A stretch of 64,000 nucleotides of DNA, taken from positions 928,001 to 992,000 of the forward strand of contig OZ245056.1 in assembly GCA_965224705.1 (NCBI GenBank), in the 5' to 3' direction. Origin of the DNA: Spirochaetaceae bacterium. Its GTDB lineage: Bacteria > Spirochaetota > Spirochaetia > DSM-2461. Below, in pieces: positions 19,491-29,690 of this stretch (its first letter is position 1; every line of letters starts with the position of its first letter). The notes under the pieces are model-generated. The model ran no database searches. It was not told the origin of the DNA and saw only the letters and a list, made by a program, of their open reading frames with translations. The translations under genes and the position numbers were made by a program.

Positions 19491-20426
19491 ATGCTTGATT
19501 TAACACTGACCAAAGACCTCACAGAACTAGTAACGAAGAGCTTTTCTTTCAATGACATTGAGTTGTTGGGAAAATACATCTTCAAGAAATACAGCACCCA
19601 CAAACTGGAGAAGATGGAAGAGTATATGTCAATCTCTGTTTCAACTGCCGCAAGGAGATTGATTACTGAATGTGAGGACAAGAACAAGCTTGATGATCTT
19701 ATAGTCTTCATCCTGGAAGCAGACGGCACTTCTTTAAATGGAAAGACGGTTACAGTACAGGGATTGGAAAACTTCCTGTATCGATTATCCCGTACCGGTA
19801 GATTTTTTGATTTCAATAAAAGAAAAATAGTATCCTATGACAGAGACAAAACCTTATTGCCAAACTGGGGAACCTTGCGGGAAGGAAAGCTGTATCCCAT
19901 TGTAATTGCATCGGTTGATATTTGTAAAAACTCTGAACTGGTCAAAAAATATAAACCATCTGTTATGGAAAAAGTCTATTTTCGGTTCTCAAATCACTTA
20001 AAACAGAAACTGGAAATCTACAACGGCAGAGTATGGTCATGGGCAGGCGATGGAGGTCTGATAGCCTTCAGAAATGAAAAAGGACCGGAACGGGCGGTCG
20101 CATGCTGTCTTGAAGTATTATTAACAATGCCTATTTTTAACAGATCTTCACAAGTACCAATAGAAGAGCATATAGATTTGAGAATTGGAATGGATATGGG
20201 GGATGTGAAGTTTTCCAATGATACAGGTAGAATTGTTTCGGATGTTATCAATTTCGCAGCTCATCTTGAAAAAAGCGGTACAGAAGTAAATGGAATTTCG
20301 ATATCAGAGAAAATCTATGAAAAACTATCAAAGGCCCTTAAAGATGCTTTTATATCAACCCGTGAGTTTGAAGGAAGAGAGACTCATGGAATGAGAAGCA
20401 GCGATGTTTTTTCAATCCAATCATAG
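19491..20426 (+). CDS. Class III adenylate/guanylate cyclase-family protein with an N-terminal helical domain
   Basis: IASVDICKNS (first Asp), WAGDG (second Asp), LRIGMDMGD, VINFAAHLEK. Confidence 0.85.
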   Translation: MLDLTLTKDLTELVTKSFSFNDIELLGKYIFKKYSTHKLEKMEEYMSISVSTAARRLITECEDKNKLDDLIVFILEADGTSLNGKTVTVQGLENFLYRLSRTGRFFDFNKRKIVSYDRDKTLLPNWGTLREGKLYPIVIASVDICKNSELVKKYKPSVMEKVYFRFSNHLKQKLEIYNGRVWSWAGDGGLIAFRNEKGPERAVACCLEVLLTMPIFNRSSQVPIEEHIDLRIGMDMGDVKFSNDTGRIVSDVINFAAHLEKSGTEVNGISISEKIYEKLSKALKDAFISTREFEGRETHGMRSSDVFSIQS

Positions 20427-20962
20427 TTGATATCACATTTCAGGTGCCGAAAAACAGATTTAGAAAACTGACGAAAAGGTTTCCTCCTGTCTGCGCACAG
20501 TGTTAGAAAGTAAAAAACCATTTTGCATCCCCAATGCTGATAGTCCTGATTCTATCGGTATCCCCATTTCTTTGGGAAAAATCCGAAGAACAACTATATT
20601 GAGTAAAAACTTCTCCTTACCCAGGTCAATGCAAACAGGCATCTACAAGCTTTCTGACACCGGGTAATCACTAAAAAAGTAAAAACTCCTTGTAAAAATC
20701 CTCGCCTTTTGATACAGTTACTGAGAATATGTATTGATTTTAATCGCTTAATACTCTGCCTGAAATGGATTTGAACCATATGGTCGCGGGTTCAATGTTC
20801 GTATTGAAAGGGCCGTTTGGAAAATGCCTATGGATTGCCGGTCATCGGATACGGCACAGGCTTGAGCATCAGGTTTTTTTGGGAATCGGACTGGCACTTC
20901 TGAATGCTGAAGGGAATGATGCCTCCGAATGACTGACAATCAAACGGCCCACACTATTCAAG

Positions 20963-21249
20963 GAGTCTGTCGGACTTTAAGGCTTCGAGGCGATTTTTGA
21001 TGATTTTTTTTCCGATACAAGGCGGCAAAAGCGGAGCGTAGCTGGGCTACGTGAGTATTTTGGCAACGCAGCTGCAGGGGATGCGAGTCTATAAACTCGC
21101 ATCCTGAGAGAGTGCCGAGCGATAGCGAGGAAAAGCCGCCACGGATGGCGGCGAAAACGAACGAAGGCGGCTCGGAAGAAGCAAGCAGGAGGCTTGCTTC
21201 TGGAGAGAAGGGCAAAAATCGAGCCGTGAGGCGTAAGTCCGGCAGGCTC
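20963..21249 (-). mobile_element. MITE family A copy 4, long variant (287 bp) with ~126 bp of extra hairpins
   Basis: Same termini and core as the 161-bp copies; extra hairpins at 21079-21104, 21135-21152 and 21177-21201; flanks CAAG/CAGG. Confidence 0.88.
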
Positions 21250-21457
21250 CAGGGGAATCATCTGCAGCTTTGCGGTACCTGGCCAGGATTACAGGAAATG
21301 CATATCACCGGTGACGATACCAGACGGAATGAAGAGAATAAGCCCCTGATACATGAAAGGTAACAATGCTAGTAAATGATTACTGGGCTTCATACTGACA
21401 TGGTGAAGCCTTCAGTCCAGGATAGACAACACCCCTTGATCCCCGGGAGGACAAAAA

Positions 21458-23173
21458 GTGCATCTCAGTAAAAAAATATACCAGACTATTGTGAGCAGTA
21501 TGAGTACCGGTGTTGTGGTTCTGAATGCAATGGACAAAATAATCTACTACAATTCTGAGATTAACAACCTGCTGACAGATAGACCAAAAAAGGAGAGGAT
21601 CAGTTCTTTATACCAGCTGATTGTCCAGATCAGAAAGAATCTGTTAATCGGCAGACAGGAAGAATTTGTCGGCCAGAGCGTAAAAATAGAAGAAAGAGAG
21701 TTCAGAGTTACAGGTATTTTATCCACTGACAACGACATACCCGCTGCCTATATTTTTTTGATTCAGGATGTTACGGAGCTCTTGAATGTTTACCGTCAAT
21801 ACTCAGAGGGCAAACTGTACATCGACGTACTGAACACGGTATTTGACTGTACTGATGACTGGTACACGGTGGTGGACAAAAATGGAATTATTACAATGCT
21901 CAGCAAGTCCTACAAGGAGTTTCTGGGCGATGAGGAAGCTGTAGGGAAGCATGTTACAGAGGTTATTGATAATACACGTATGCACATAGTCGTCAAAACA
22001 GGGAAAAAGGAGATAGGGGATATTCAAAGGATAAAGGGCAACAAAATGATTGCCACGCGTATTCCCATCAAGAAGGATGGAGAAATTATCGGAGCGGTAG
22101 GGAAAGTAATGTTTAAGGATATTACTGATTTCTACGAACTGAGTAAAAAAATCGAAACTCTTGAGAAACAAGTGCAAATATACAAAAATGAGTTAGTTCA
22201 GGATAAAAAGCCTGATGCTACTTTCTCCAGTATACTCGGTAAAAACAAAAAACTACAGCATAATATAATTCTTGCAAGAAAGGCAGCAAACAGCGATTCC
22301 AGTATTTTATTGACAGGTGAAAGTGGAACAGGAAAGGAACTGTTCGTCAACGCTATTCACAATACCAGCAAACGATATTCAGGCCCATTAGTCAAGATTA
22401 ACTGTTCTGTGATACCAAAGGATCTGATTGAGTCTGAATTGTTTGGTTATGTGCAGGGTGCGTTTACAGGTGCCTCCAGGTTCGGTAAGCTTGGCAAGTT
22501 TGAACTTGCAAACGGCGGCACTTTGTTTTTAGATGAAATCGGAGATATGCCTCTGGATATGCAGGTAAAACTCCTTCGAGTTATTCAGGAGAAAGAAATA
22601 AATCCGCTGGGAAGTCAGAAAACTAAGAAAATTGACATCAGGCTCATAAGTGCAACAAACAAGAAATTGGATAAACTCATGCTTGAAAAAAAATTCAGGG
22701 AAGACCTGTACTACCGTCTCAATGTTTTCACTATTCACCTGCAGCCACTGAGAGAACGTATTGAAGATATTGACGAAATCGCAGAATACATACGGCAAAA
22801 AATCTCATCACAGCTAGACATTTATACAGTTGGTTTCTCGGAAGAAACCATGGAATGCTTCAGGAGCTATCATTGGCCTGGCAATATCCGGGAATTAGAG
22901 AATGTTATCGAACGTGCAATTCTCCTTCTGGATGATGACACACTCATCCAGCCGCAACACCTTCCCAAACAACTGTACAGCGCAACATCAGAAACCCTGA
23001 CACCCCTTCCCGATCAATCATTGTCAGAGCTGATTGGAAAGATGGAAAAAGAAGTAATCAGCTCGAAACTGAGAGAATTCAATGGCAATAAAAACAAAGT
23101 CTCCAGAGTATTGGGCATCAGCCGAACGGGACTTTACAAAAAAATTGAACGCTACAAGATATCAACTGTCTGA
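21458..23173 (+). CDS. PAS-domain sigma-54-dependent transcriptional activator
   Basis: Two PAS-like segments, GESGTGKE, ESELFGY..GAFTGA, LFLDEIG, FREDLYYRLNV, WPGNIRELEN, Fis-type HTH. Confidence 0.96.
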   Translation: MHLSKKIYQTIVSSMSTGVVVLNAMDKIIYYNSEINNLLTDRPKKERISSLYQLIVQIRKNLLIGRQEEFVGQSVKIEEREFRVTGILSTDNDIPAAYIFLIQDVTELLNVYRQYSEGKLYIDVLNTVFDCTDDWYTVVDKNGIITMLSKSYKEFLGDEEAVGKHVTEVIDNTRMHIVVKTGKKEIGDIQRIKGNKMIATRIPIKKDGEIIGAVGKVMFKDITDFYELSKKIETLEKQVQIYKNELVQDKKPDATFSSILGKNKKLQHNIILARKAANSDSSILLTGESGTGKELFVNAIHNTSKRYSGPLVKINCSVIPKDLIESELFGYVQGAFTGASRFGKLGKFELANGGTLFLDEIGDMPLDMQVKLLRVIQEKEINPLGSQKTKKIDIRLISATNKKLDKLMLEKKFREDLYYRLNVFTIHLQPLRERIEDIDEIAEYIRQKISSQLDIYTVGFSEETMECFRSYHWPGNIRELENVIERAILLLDDDTLIQPQHLPKQLYSATSETLTPLPDQSLSELIGKMEKEVISSKLREFNGNKNKVSRVLGISRTGLYKKIERYKISTV

Positions 23174-23321
23174 CATGGGCAAACGGATGATGTTCTCCAG
23201 TAGATTGAGGCATTCCGGTTAAGAGGGAACATGATGATGGGTACATGTTTCGAGACAATGACTGGATTATGGATTAGCCATGTTATCAGGGAAAAACACT
23301 GTTAATCAGACATTATCGAGC

Positions 23322-23470
23322 TGTCAACAAATTTCACATGTCAATATAGTTTACACATCCAGGCAAACTGCGGTCGATTTTCAGCTTGAATCCTGAAATA
23401 GATCCTGGTAATCCCTACATTGCCCGAAAATGGGTGTTGCAGCAGACTTATATTGTCAACAATGCGTACA
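23322..23470 (+). promoter_or_regulatory. Three putative enhancer (UAS) sites, TGTCAA-N8-ACA
   Basis: 17-bp sites at 23322-23338, 23339-23355 and 23454-23470, about 90-240 bp upstream of the sigma-54 promoter. Confidence 0.65.
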
Positions 23471-23561
23471 CTTTGAAGCGTCTACATGCTTCGCTGTTCA
23501 TAGTATATCGAATAAATCAACATTCAAACCCCTTGTAGCCACCCACATGACAGTAAAAACC

Positions 23562-23577
23562 TGGCACAGTTCTTGCT
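23562..23577 (+). promoter_or_regulatory. Sigma-54 (-24/-12) promoter
   Basis: TGGCAC-AGTTC-TTGCT with canonical GG-N10-GC spacing, upstream of the AGGAGG SD of 23611. Confidence 0.9.
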
Positions 23578-23610
23578 AGAACAATAGTATTAACTATATA
23601 GGAGGGACGC

Positions 23611-24066
23611 ATGTTCCAAATTTCTGATAAAGCACGAGATGTCCTCGTTGTGCTTTCGGCTTTTTTATGGGGGGGACTGGTTATCGTGAGTTGGATCGGG
23701 AATGATTTGCTGAGTTTAGCCGGCCTCATATCCGCTTCGATCCTGATGATGATAATCTTCGTTCTCGGTACAACGGTCAACAACGAAATGGGGAAAAAGA
23801 TTCCGCTTTTTTATCCCATTGTTCTAAGTGCTGTCTTCTGGGTGATGGCATTTTTGATGGCTTATACAACGCGGGGAGAAACATCTTCATTCATTCTCGG
23901 ATTTCATCCCGGGCAATTCTGGTCGTTACTGTTTTTCTGGATCGGTGGGTTTGGGACTGTAATGCTCAGTTACAGCCTGTACTTCGACACCCATTGTTTA
24001 CCGAAAAAAACCTGGGATACCTTTATTGAAGAGGTGCAGCAGATCAAAGCAGGGAAGGAGAGTTAA
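23611..24066 (+). CDS. Small four-TM membrane protein, probable symporter accessory subunit
   Basis: Four hydrophobic segments; first gene of the operon, directly before the SSS transporter. Confidence 0.75.
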   Translation: MFQISDKARDVLVVLSAFLWGGLVIVSWIGNDLLSLAGLISASILMMIIFVLGTTVNNEMGKKIPLFYPIVLSAVFWVMAFLMAYTTRGETSSFILGFHPGQFWSLLFFWIGGFGTVMLSYSLYFDTHCLPKKTWDTFIEEVQQIKAGKES

Positions 24067-24069
24067 ATC

Positions 24070-25563
24070 GTGCAGAATGTTGAACAACTAATTGAACCCA
24101 ATGTTTTTACAATTTCATTTTCAGCTATATTCATCGTGATATCCATTGCTATTGGACTGTATGCGGCAAAAAAAGCAAAAACGGCTGAGCAGTTCTTTGG
24201 AGGAACCAAGAGCTTTGGACCCTGGACAATCGCCCTGGCATCTGCTGCGGCAATTATGAGTGCATTTGGATTTATCGGAGGCCCTGGACTTGTGTATAAA
24301 CTGGGTTTCTCATCAATCTGGATTACAATCGCCGCTGGAACAGCGTTTACCTATGCCTACTGGGTGATGGGTAAGCGAATGCGCGGTATGGCTGAGATAA
24401 CCAGTGTGGCAACCCTCCCGGACATCGCCCGATTCAGGTTCAAAAGCGAGGCCGTACGTGCGCTGCTGGCAATCGGGCTGTTACTGGCAGCCATTGCCTA
24501 TCTGTCATCGCAGGTAAAAGGCGGGGCGAAACTTGTAACACAAATGCTGGGTGTTAATGAGAATACTGCTGTACTCATCCTGTTTGGTACAACACTGATT
24601 TATATGACAACCAGCGGTATGGCCGGTAGTATACTGACCGATGCGTTTCAGGGATTCATCATGATCCTGGGTGTCCTGGGTGTCGTCATCGGCTTCTTCA
24701 TCCTGACTGGCGGTAATGCCATGCCGGTCATACAAAAAGCCGAAGGGTTCGGCCCTAAATTCGTTGACGGAATTGGCGCAGTACCGATACATTCCATTAT
24801 CACGTATGTTGTGGTGTTCTTCGTCGGTATGATGGGGCAGCCTCAGATGCTCAGCAAAATGTACTCACTGAAGGATCCAAAGGGCCTGAAGAAGGCTGGT
24901 ATTCTCAGCGGTCTTACCTATGCCGTTGCTTCATTGGTCTGGCTGTTGGTCGGTTATGGTGCGTTGTACATTGTCGCCAGTGGCGGCAGTGAGCCTCTTC
25001 AGGATGCGGACAAAGCGGCCTTCCTGTTCTTAAGCAAAATGAATGTAGGTATTCAGGCATTTGTTATGGCAGCCCTTCTGGCCGCTATTATGTCCACTGC
25101 CAGTTTCTTTATTTCGCTGGGAACCGGTTCAGTAACCCGTGATCTTTTTGAAGCTTTTGGTCATAAGATACAACCCGATAAGCAGGTAAACGTGGGCCGT
25201 ATCCTGACCATAGTCGTTACAGCATTAGCTGTTGCCTTTGGATATCTTGGCGGTGAGATGGTCGCCATTTTAGGTACTCTGGGATGGGGATTCTTTGTCT
25301 CGGTTACTCTGCCTACTTTCACATTGGGATTGCTCTGGAAGCGCACCTCAAAGGAAGGGATCCTCTGTGGTTTGACTGTTGCCATTATACTGAATGTCGG
25401 CCTGGTATTATTACAGAGGGGGGGAATCTTCAAGCTTCCTTTTCCTTATTACCTGCTCTCCATAAGCGCGGCCTATGCCGTAACCGTATTGGTCTCGTTT
25501 TTTACAACTACAGCGGCAGGAGACGATATGCCAGAGGAAATCAAACCACTTTTTAATCTTTAA
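24070..25563 (+). CDS. Sodium:solute symporter family transporter
   Basis: ~13 TMs; MSAFGFIGGPG, TLPDI...RF, TDAFQG, PQML, LLAAIMST. Confidence 0.93.
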   Translation: MQNVEQLIEPNVFTISFSAIFIVISIAIGLYAAKKAKTAEQFFGGTKSFGPWTIALASAAAIMSAFGFIGGPGLVYKLGFSSIWITIAAGTAFTYAYWVMGKRMRGMAEITSVATLPDIARFRFKSEAVRALLAIGLLLAAIAYLSSQVKGGAKLVTQMLGVNENTAVLILFGTTLIYMTTSGMAGSILTDAFQGFIMILGVLGVVIGFFILTGGNAMPVIQKAEGFGPKFVDGIGAVPIHSIITYVVVFFVGMMGQPQMLSKMYSLKDPKGLKKAGILSGLTYAVASLVWLLVGYGALYIVASGGSEPLQDADKAAFLFLSKMNVGIQAFVMAALLAAIMSTASFFISLGTGSVTRDLFEAFGHKIQPDKQVNVGRILTIVVTALAVAFGYLGGEMVAILGTLGWGFFVSVTLPTFTLGLLWKRTSKEGILCGLTVAIILNVGLVLLQRGGIFKLPFPYYLLSISAAYAVTVLVSFFTTTAAGDDMPEEIKPLFNL

Positions 25564-25693
25564 ACAATGCGGAGAGGAGTTTCTCCCGTCATTTAAAGAA
25601 CCGATAAGAACGGAGGATTCTTCCATCCTTTGTTCTTATCCGGGTTTGAAATTCAACAGAACTGTGAGAAATACAATCTATAGGGGATGATAT

Positions 25694-27601
25694 ATGAACA
25701 ATAACAGAACTAACCCTTTCTTATCTATTTCAAATGAACAAAAAGGGAAAATCGTTACAAAAGAACAGGCCGTCAAACTCATAAAGGACAACGATGTAAT
25801 TGCTACCAGTGGGTTTGTCGGCATAGGCTTCGCTGAAGAATTAGCCATAGCCCTGGAACAACGCTTTATGGCGACCGGCCAACCAAAAAATCTAACATTG
25901 GTATATGCTGCGGGACAGGGAGACGGCAAGACTCGAGGGCTCAATCATCTGGGTCAGGAAGGTTTGATTAAAAGAGTCGTAGGCGGGCATTGGGGCTTAG
26001 CTCCCGAACTGCAAAAACTGGCCATAGCGAATAAAATTGAAGCATACAATTTTCCACAGGGTGTCATTTCTCACATGTTCAGGGATATTGCTTCTCATAG
26101 ACCACGGACCATTACTCATGTCGGATTGGGTTCTTTCGCCGATCCTCGTCTCGGAGGTGGAAAGATCAATTCCAAAACCATCGAAGATTTGGTGGAAGTG
26201 ATTCAGTTCGACGGCAGAGACTATCTGGCCTATAAGCCTTTTCCAATCGATATTGCCTTCCTCAGAGGAACGACAGCCGATATCAATGGCAATGTTACCA
26301 TGGAAAAAGAGGCCCTCACAACCGAGGCATTAGCCATTGCTTCGGCGGTGAGAAATTCAGGCGGGTTTGTCATTGTTCAGGTGGAAAGAATCGCGGATGC
26401 CCAAACCCTGAACGCTCGACAGGTGAAAATCCCGGGGATTCTGGTTGACTGTGTCGTCAAAGTCGAAGATATGGAAAACCACTGGCAAACTTTCGGTGTT
26501 AAATATGATCCAGCGTTCAGCTGTGAAATCCGAAGGCCACTATCATCAATTGAGTCGATGCCTCTCGATGCAAGAAAGATCATTGCCCGCCGCTCAGCCT
26601 TTGAGCTGGCTCCCAATGCCATAGTTAATCTGGGAATAGGAATGCCCGAGGGCATAGCCAATGCGGCTGCGGAAGGACATATTCTTGACTCTTTGACACT
26701 GACGGCGGAACCGGGAGTCATAGGAGGTATACCAGCTGGAGGTTTGAGTTTTGGAGCAGCAACAAACACAGAAGCCGTTGTCGATCAACCCTACCAATTC
26801 GATTTTTATGATGGCGGTGGATTAGATGTATGCTTTCTGGGTCTGGCCCAGGCGGATATGCAGGGAAATCTCAATGTGAGTAAATTCGGTCCGAAACTGG
26901 CAGGGTGCGGAGGATTTATCAACATAAGTCAGAATGCAAAAAAGGTTGTTTTCACCGGATGCTTTACGGCGGGAGGACTGAAAATATCTGTTACTGATGG
27001 GAAATTGTCCATCCTCCAGGAAGGTCGAACCAAAAAATTTGTTAAACAGGTTGAACATGTAACCTTTAGCGGCAAGGTGGCACTTCAGGCCAAACAGCCT
27101 GTTTATTATGTAACGGAACGGTGCGTATTTCATCTGACGGAAAATGGTATGGAATTGCTGGAAGTTGCACCGGGGATCGATGTTGAGAAAGATATTGTGG
27201 CACAAATGGACTTTGAACCCATCATCTCACAGCCGCCCAAATTGATGGAAAGACGCATTTTCCTGGAGGCCCCGCTGGATTTACGGGAAAGAGGTTCCGC
27301 TCTTCCTCTGGAAGATAGATTTTCATACAGAAAAGAGAACAACCAGTTTTTCGTCAATTTTCAGAAACTCTCCATAACCAATGCGGCACAAATTGGAAGG
27401 ATTAAGGAACTCATTGATCACCATTGCCATGCTCTGGAGAATAAGGCACATGCCATTCTCAACTGTGATGGCTTCACGGTACTACCTGAATTGATTGAGG
27501 ACTATGAGGTGATGGTGAAGCAGGTAACGGAGAAGTATTTTGAGGATCCAGCCCGATACAGTGCTCATGTGTTTTCGGCATTGAGATGCGGAGGGATTTG
27601 A
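25694..27601 (+). CDS. Acyl-CoA:acetate CoA-transferase (Pct/YdiF family) with a C-terminal extension
   Basis: YAAGQGD, VNLGIGMPE, TAEPG catalytic Glu region, QFDFYDGGGLD, NVSKFG, GCGGFINISQ, YVTERCVF. Confidence 0.93.
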   Translation: MNNNRTNPFLSISNEQKGKIVTKEQAVKLIKDNDVIATSGFVGIGFAEELAIALEQRFMATGQPKNLTLVYAAGQGDGKTRGLNHLGQEGLIKRVVGGHWGLAPELQKLAIANKIEAYNFPQGVISHMFRDIASHRPRTITHVGLGSFADPRLGGGKINSKTIEDLVEVIQFDGRDYLAYKPFPIDIAFLRGTTADINGNVTMEKEALTTEALAIASAVRNSGGFVIVQVERIADAQTLNARQVKIPGILVDCVVKVEDMENHWQTFGVKYDPAFSCEIRRPLSSIESMPLDARKIIARRSAFELAPNAIVNLGIGMPEGIANAAAEGHILDSLTLTAEPGVIGGIPAGGLSFGAATNTEAVVDQPYQFDFYDGGGLDVCFLGLAQADMQGNLNVSKFGPKLAGCGGFINISQNAKKVVFTGCFTAGGLKISVTDGKLSILQEGRTKKFVKQVEHVTFSGKVALQAKQPVYYVTERCVFHLTENGMELLEVAPGIDVEKDIVAQMDFEPIISQPPKLMERRIFLEAPLDLRERGSALPLEDRFSYRKENNQFFVNFQKLSITNAAQIGRIKELIDHHCHALENKAHAILNCDGFTVLPELIEDYEVMVKQVTEKYFEDPARYSAHVFSALRCGGI

Positions 27602-27993
27602 ATTGCCGGTATCCGATTAACTGTGTTCTGAATCCGTCAGTAACAATTCAGCTGAGGCAACCCTCCTGATTTCTGCTCACTGTAAAACGGTTTCGAAGTT
27701 CCATGGTCGAGATCAATAGGGTCACATGACCTTCATAAGATCTGTCCGAGTGTTTCGATTTTGCAGTGTCAGGAAGCCTGTTGGATGAAACAAACGCTTC
27801 CATCAAAAGAATTAATATATTATGGAACAACATTTACAAAGTATTCTACCGGATGGGCTTCTCATCGTCCCGGATAAGTAATTCGCTGAATCACAACTAT
27901 CAGTGAGTATTAAATACTATACCGGGCGAGGATTCTCATCTAACCGAATTCAAATGGAATCAGGCAATAACAGGCTTTCTGACACTGAGAGCA

Positions 27994-28725
27994 TCATGCA
28001 TTTGGCCCAAGTTTCACTTCCACCCTCAGAAGCATTGAGTTCACGACAAGAGCCAGTAAGGCAGAAGCAGCAGCACCCTGGAATACCCAGGCCGGATTAT
28101 CCCTGATCAAACCAGCCACGATGGGCGAACCCAATCCTCCAGCCCCGGCCAGGGCTGCAATCGTGGCCGTACCGATATTGATAACGGTACTGGTTCTTAC
28201 CCCATTTCCAATCATTGGCATGGCCAGGGGGAGTTCAACACGGAAAAGAACCTGTGCAGGACTCATACCCATGCCTCTGGCCGCTACCAGAACGGGTTCA
28301 GGAAGTCCTTCAATAGCCGTTAATGTGTTATTGAGTACAGGAAGAATGCTGTACAGAACCAATGCCAGAAGTACTGGTTTAGATCCGAATCCCAGAAAAG
28401 GGATGGCCAGAGCAAGCACCGCTGCCGGAGGAATGGTTTGTGCCAGTGAGGAGGCATCCCGGATCAATGGAAGAAATTCCCTGCCATAGCTCCGTGTGAT
28501 GAATATCGCACAGGATACCCCGATAACAGTGGCGATCCCTGCTGCGATAAGAGACAATGACAGATGTTGAATGGTCAGGGTGAAGAGTGCTGCCCGGGGA
28601 AATACCCATTCATCAACTTCGGGAAACAGTACATGGAGCAGGGGATCCAGGAAGGTTGGAATACAGAGAACTGTCATGGCAATTATACCGATTATGGGTC
28701 CCAGAAAGAATCGCCTTGAAGTCAC
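27994..28725 (-). CDS. Osmoprotectant ABC transporter permease (YehW-like)
   Basis: QTIPPAAVLAL, AARGMGMS, VELPLA, INIGTATIA, GAGGLG. Confidence 0.92.
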   Translation of the reverse strand: MTSRRFFLGPIIGIIAMTVLCIPTFLDPLLHVLFPEVDEWVFPRAALFTLTIQHLSLSLIAAGIATVIGVSCAIFITRSYGREFLPLIRDASSLAQTIPPAAVLALAIPFLGFGSKPVLLALVLYSILPVLNNTLTAIEGLPEPVLVAARGMGMSPAQVLFRVELPLAMPMIGNGVRTSTVINIGTATIAALAGAGGLGSPIVAGLIRDNPAWVFQGAAASALLALVVNSMLLRVEVKLGPNA

Positions 28726-29690
28726 GATGCCTCCGACACACCGGCATTACTGATAAGATCTTCCATGGTTAATTTTCCTATAATGGTACGGGAAGAATTG
28801 ACAACATCAAGCGTTGAGAGACCTTCTTCCAGCATGAGAGCAAGGGCATCCTTGAGGGATGCATCACTGCGGATTGTTGACCTTGAAGATGCCGCTGCGA
28901 ATTGATGGTGGACATCTGTTGTAACATCTCCCACACTGATTCGTGCCAGACGTCTGAGTGCCCTGTCGTCACCAGTAAAATCCCGTACAAATGGATTTTG
29001 ATCCAGAAGCAGCTCCTCGGGGACGGCCACTGAAACAAGCCTCCCCTTGTTCATCACGGCGATTCTATCTCCAAGACGGATGGCCTCATCCAGATCATGG
29101 GTGACGAATACGACAGTCTTGCCGACTTCGGATTGTATGCGAAGAAATTCGCGCTGGAGGATTTCACGGGTGAGAGGATCGACTGCTCCGAAGGGTTCAT
29201 CCATCAAGAGAACCGGTGGATCGGCCGCCAATGCCCGTGCCACACCAACCCGCTGAGCCTCACCGCCGGAGAGTCGAGTCGGCCAGGCCTCAGCATATTG
29301 TTTTGGAGGCAGGCCAACCAGATCCAGAAGTTCCATAGTTCTCCGTTCGATTTTCCCCCTATCCCAGTTCAGTAATTTCGGAACAACTGCAATGTTGGCG
29401 GCCACATTCATGTGTGGGAAAAGTCCCACCTGCTGAATGCTGTACCCTATGCGTCGGCGGTGTTCGGCGGCTGGAATATTGGCTATATTCTCTCCATTCA
29501 CCAGAACACTTCCCTCATCAGGCTCTACAAGACGGTTTATCATCTTGAGGCAGGTGGTTTTCCCACATCCTGATGGACCAATGAGTACTAGAAGCTCACC
29601 TTCTTTTGTTGTGAGACTCAATCTGTCAACTGCTTTCTTCCTGCCATACTTCTTGCTTACTTCTTTCCATTCCAATCTCATATTATCCAC
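28722..29690 (-). CDS. Osmoprotectant ABC transporter ATPase (YehX-like)
   Basis: GPSGCGKT, LSGGEAQRVGVARALAADP, LMDEPFGAVD, FVTHD, C-terminal CBS-like segment. Confidence 0.94.
   Translation of the reverse strand: MDNMRLEWKEVSKKYGRKKAVDRLSLTTKEGELLVLIGPSGCGKTTCLKMINRLVEPDEGSVLVNGENIANIPAAEHRRRIGYSIQQVGLFPHMNVAANIAVVPKLLNWDRGKIERRTMELLDLVGLPPKQYAEAWPTRLSGGEAQRVGVARALAADPPVLLMDEPFGAVDPLTREILQREFLRIQSEVGKTVVFVTHDLDEAIRLGDRIAVMNKGRLVSVAVPEELLLDQNPFVRDFTGDDRALRRLARISVGDVTTDVHHQFAAASSRSTIRSDASLKDALALMLEEGLSTLDVVNSSRTIIGKLTMEDLISNAGVSEAS

Noticed and set aside
19491..20426. Pycsar or CBASS defence system
   Set aside because: No adjacent effector gene (TIR, TM or cNMP-binding); the cyclase is solitary.
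20780..20950. Lysine or cobalamin riboswitch
   Set aside because: Fragments such as GGTCGCG, TGAAAGG and GGGAA occur, but spacing and the remaining conserved blocks do not fit.
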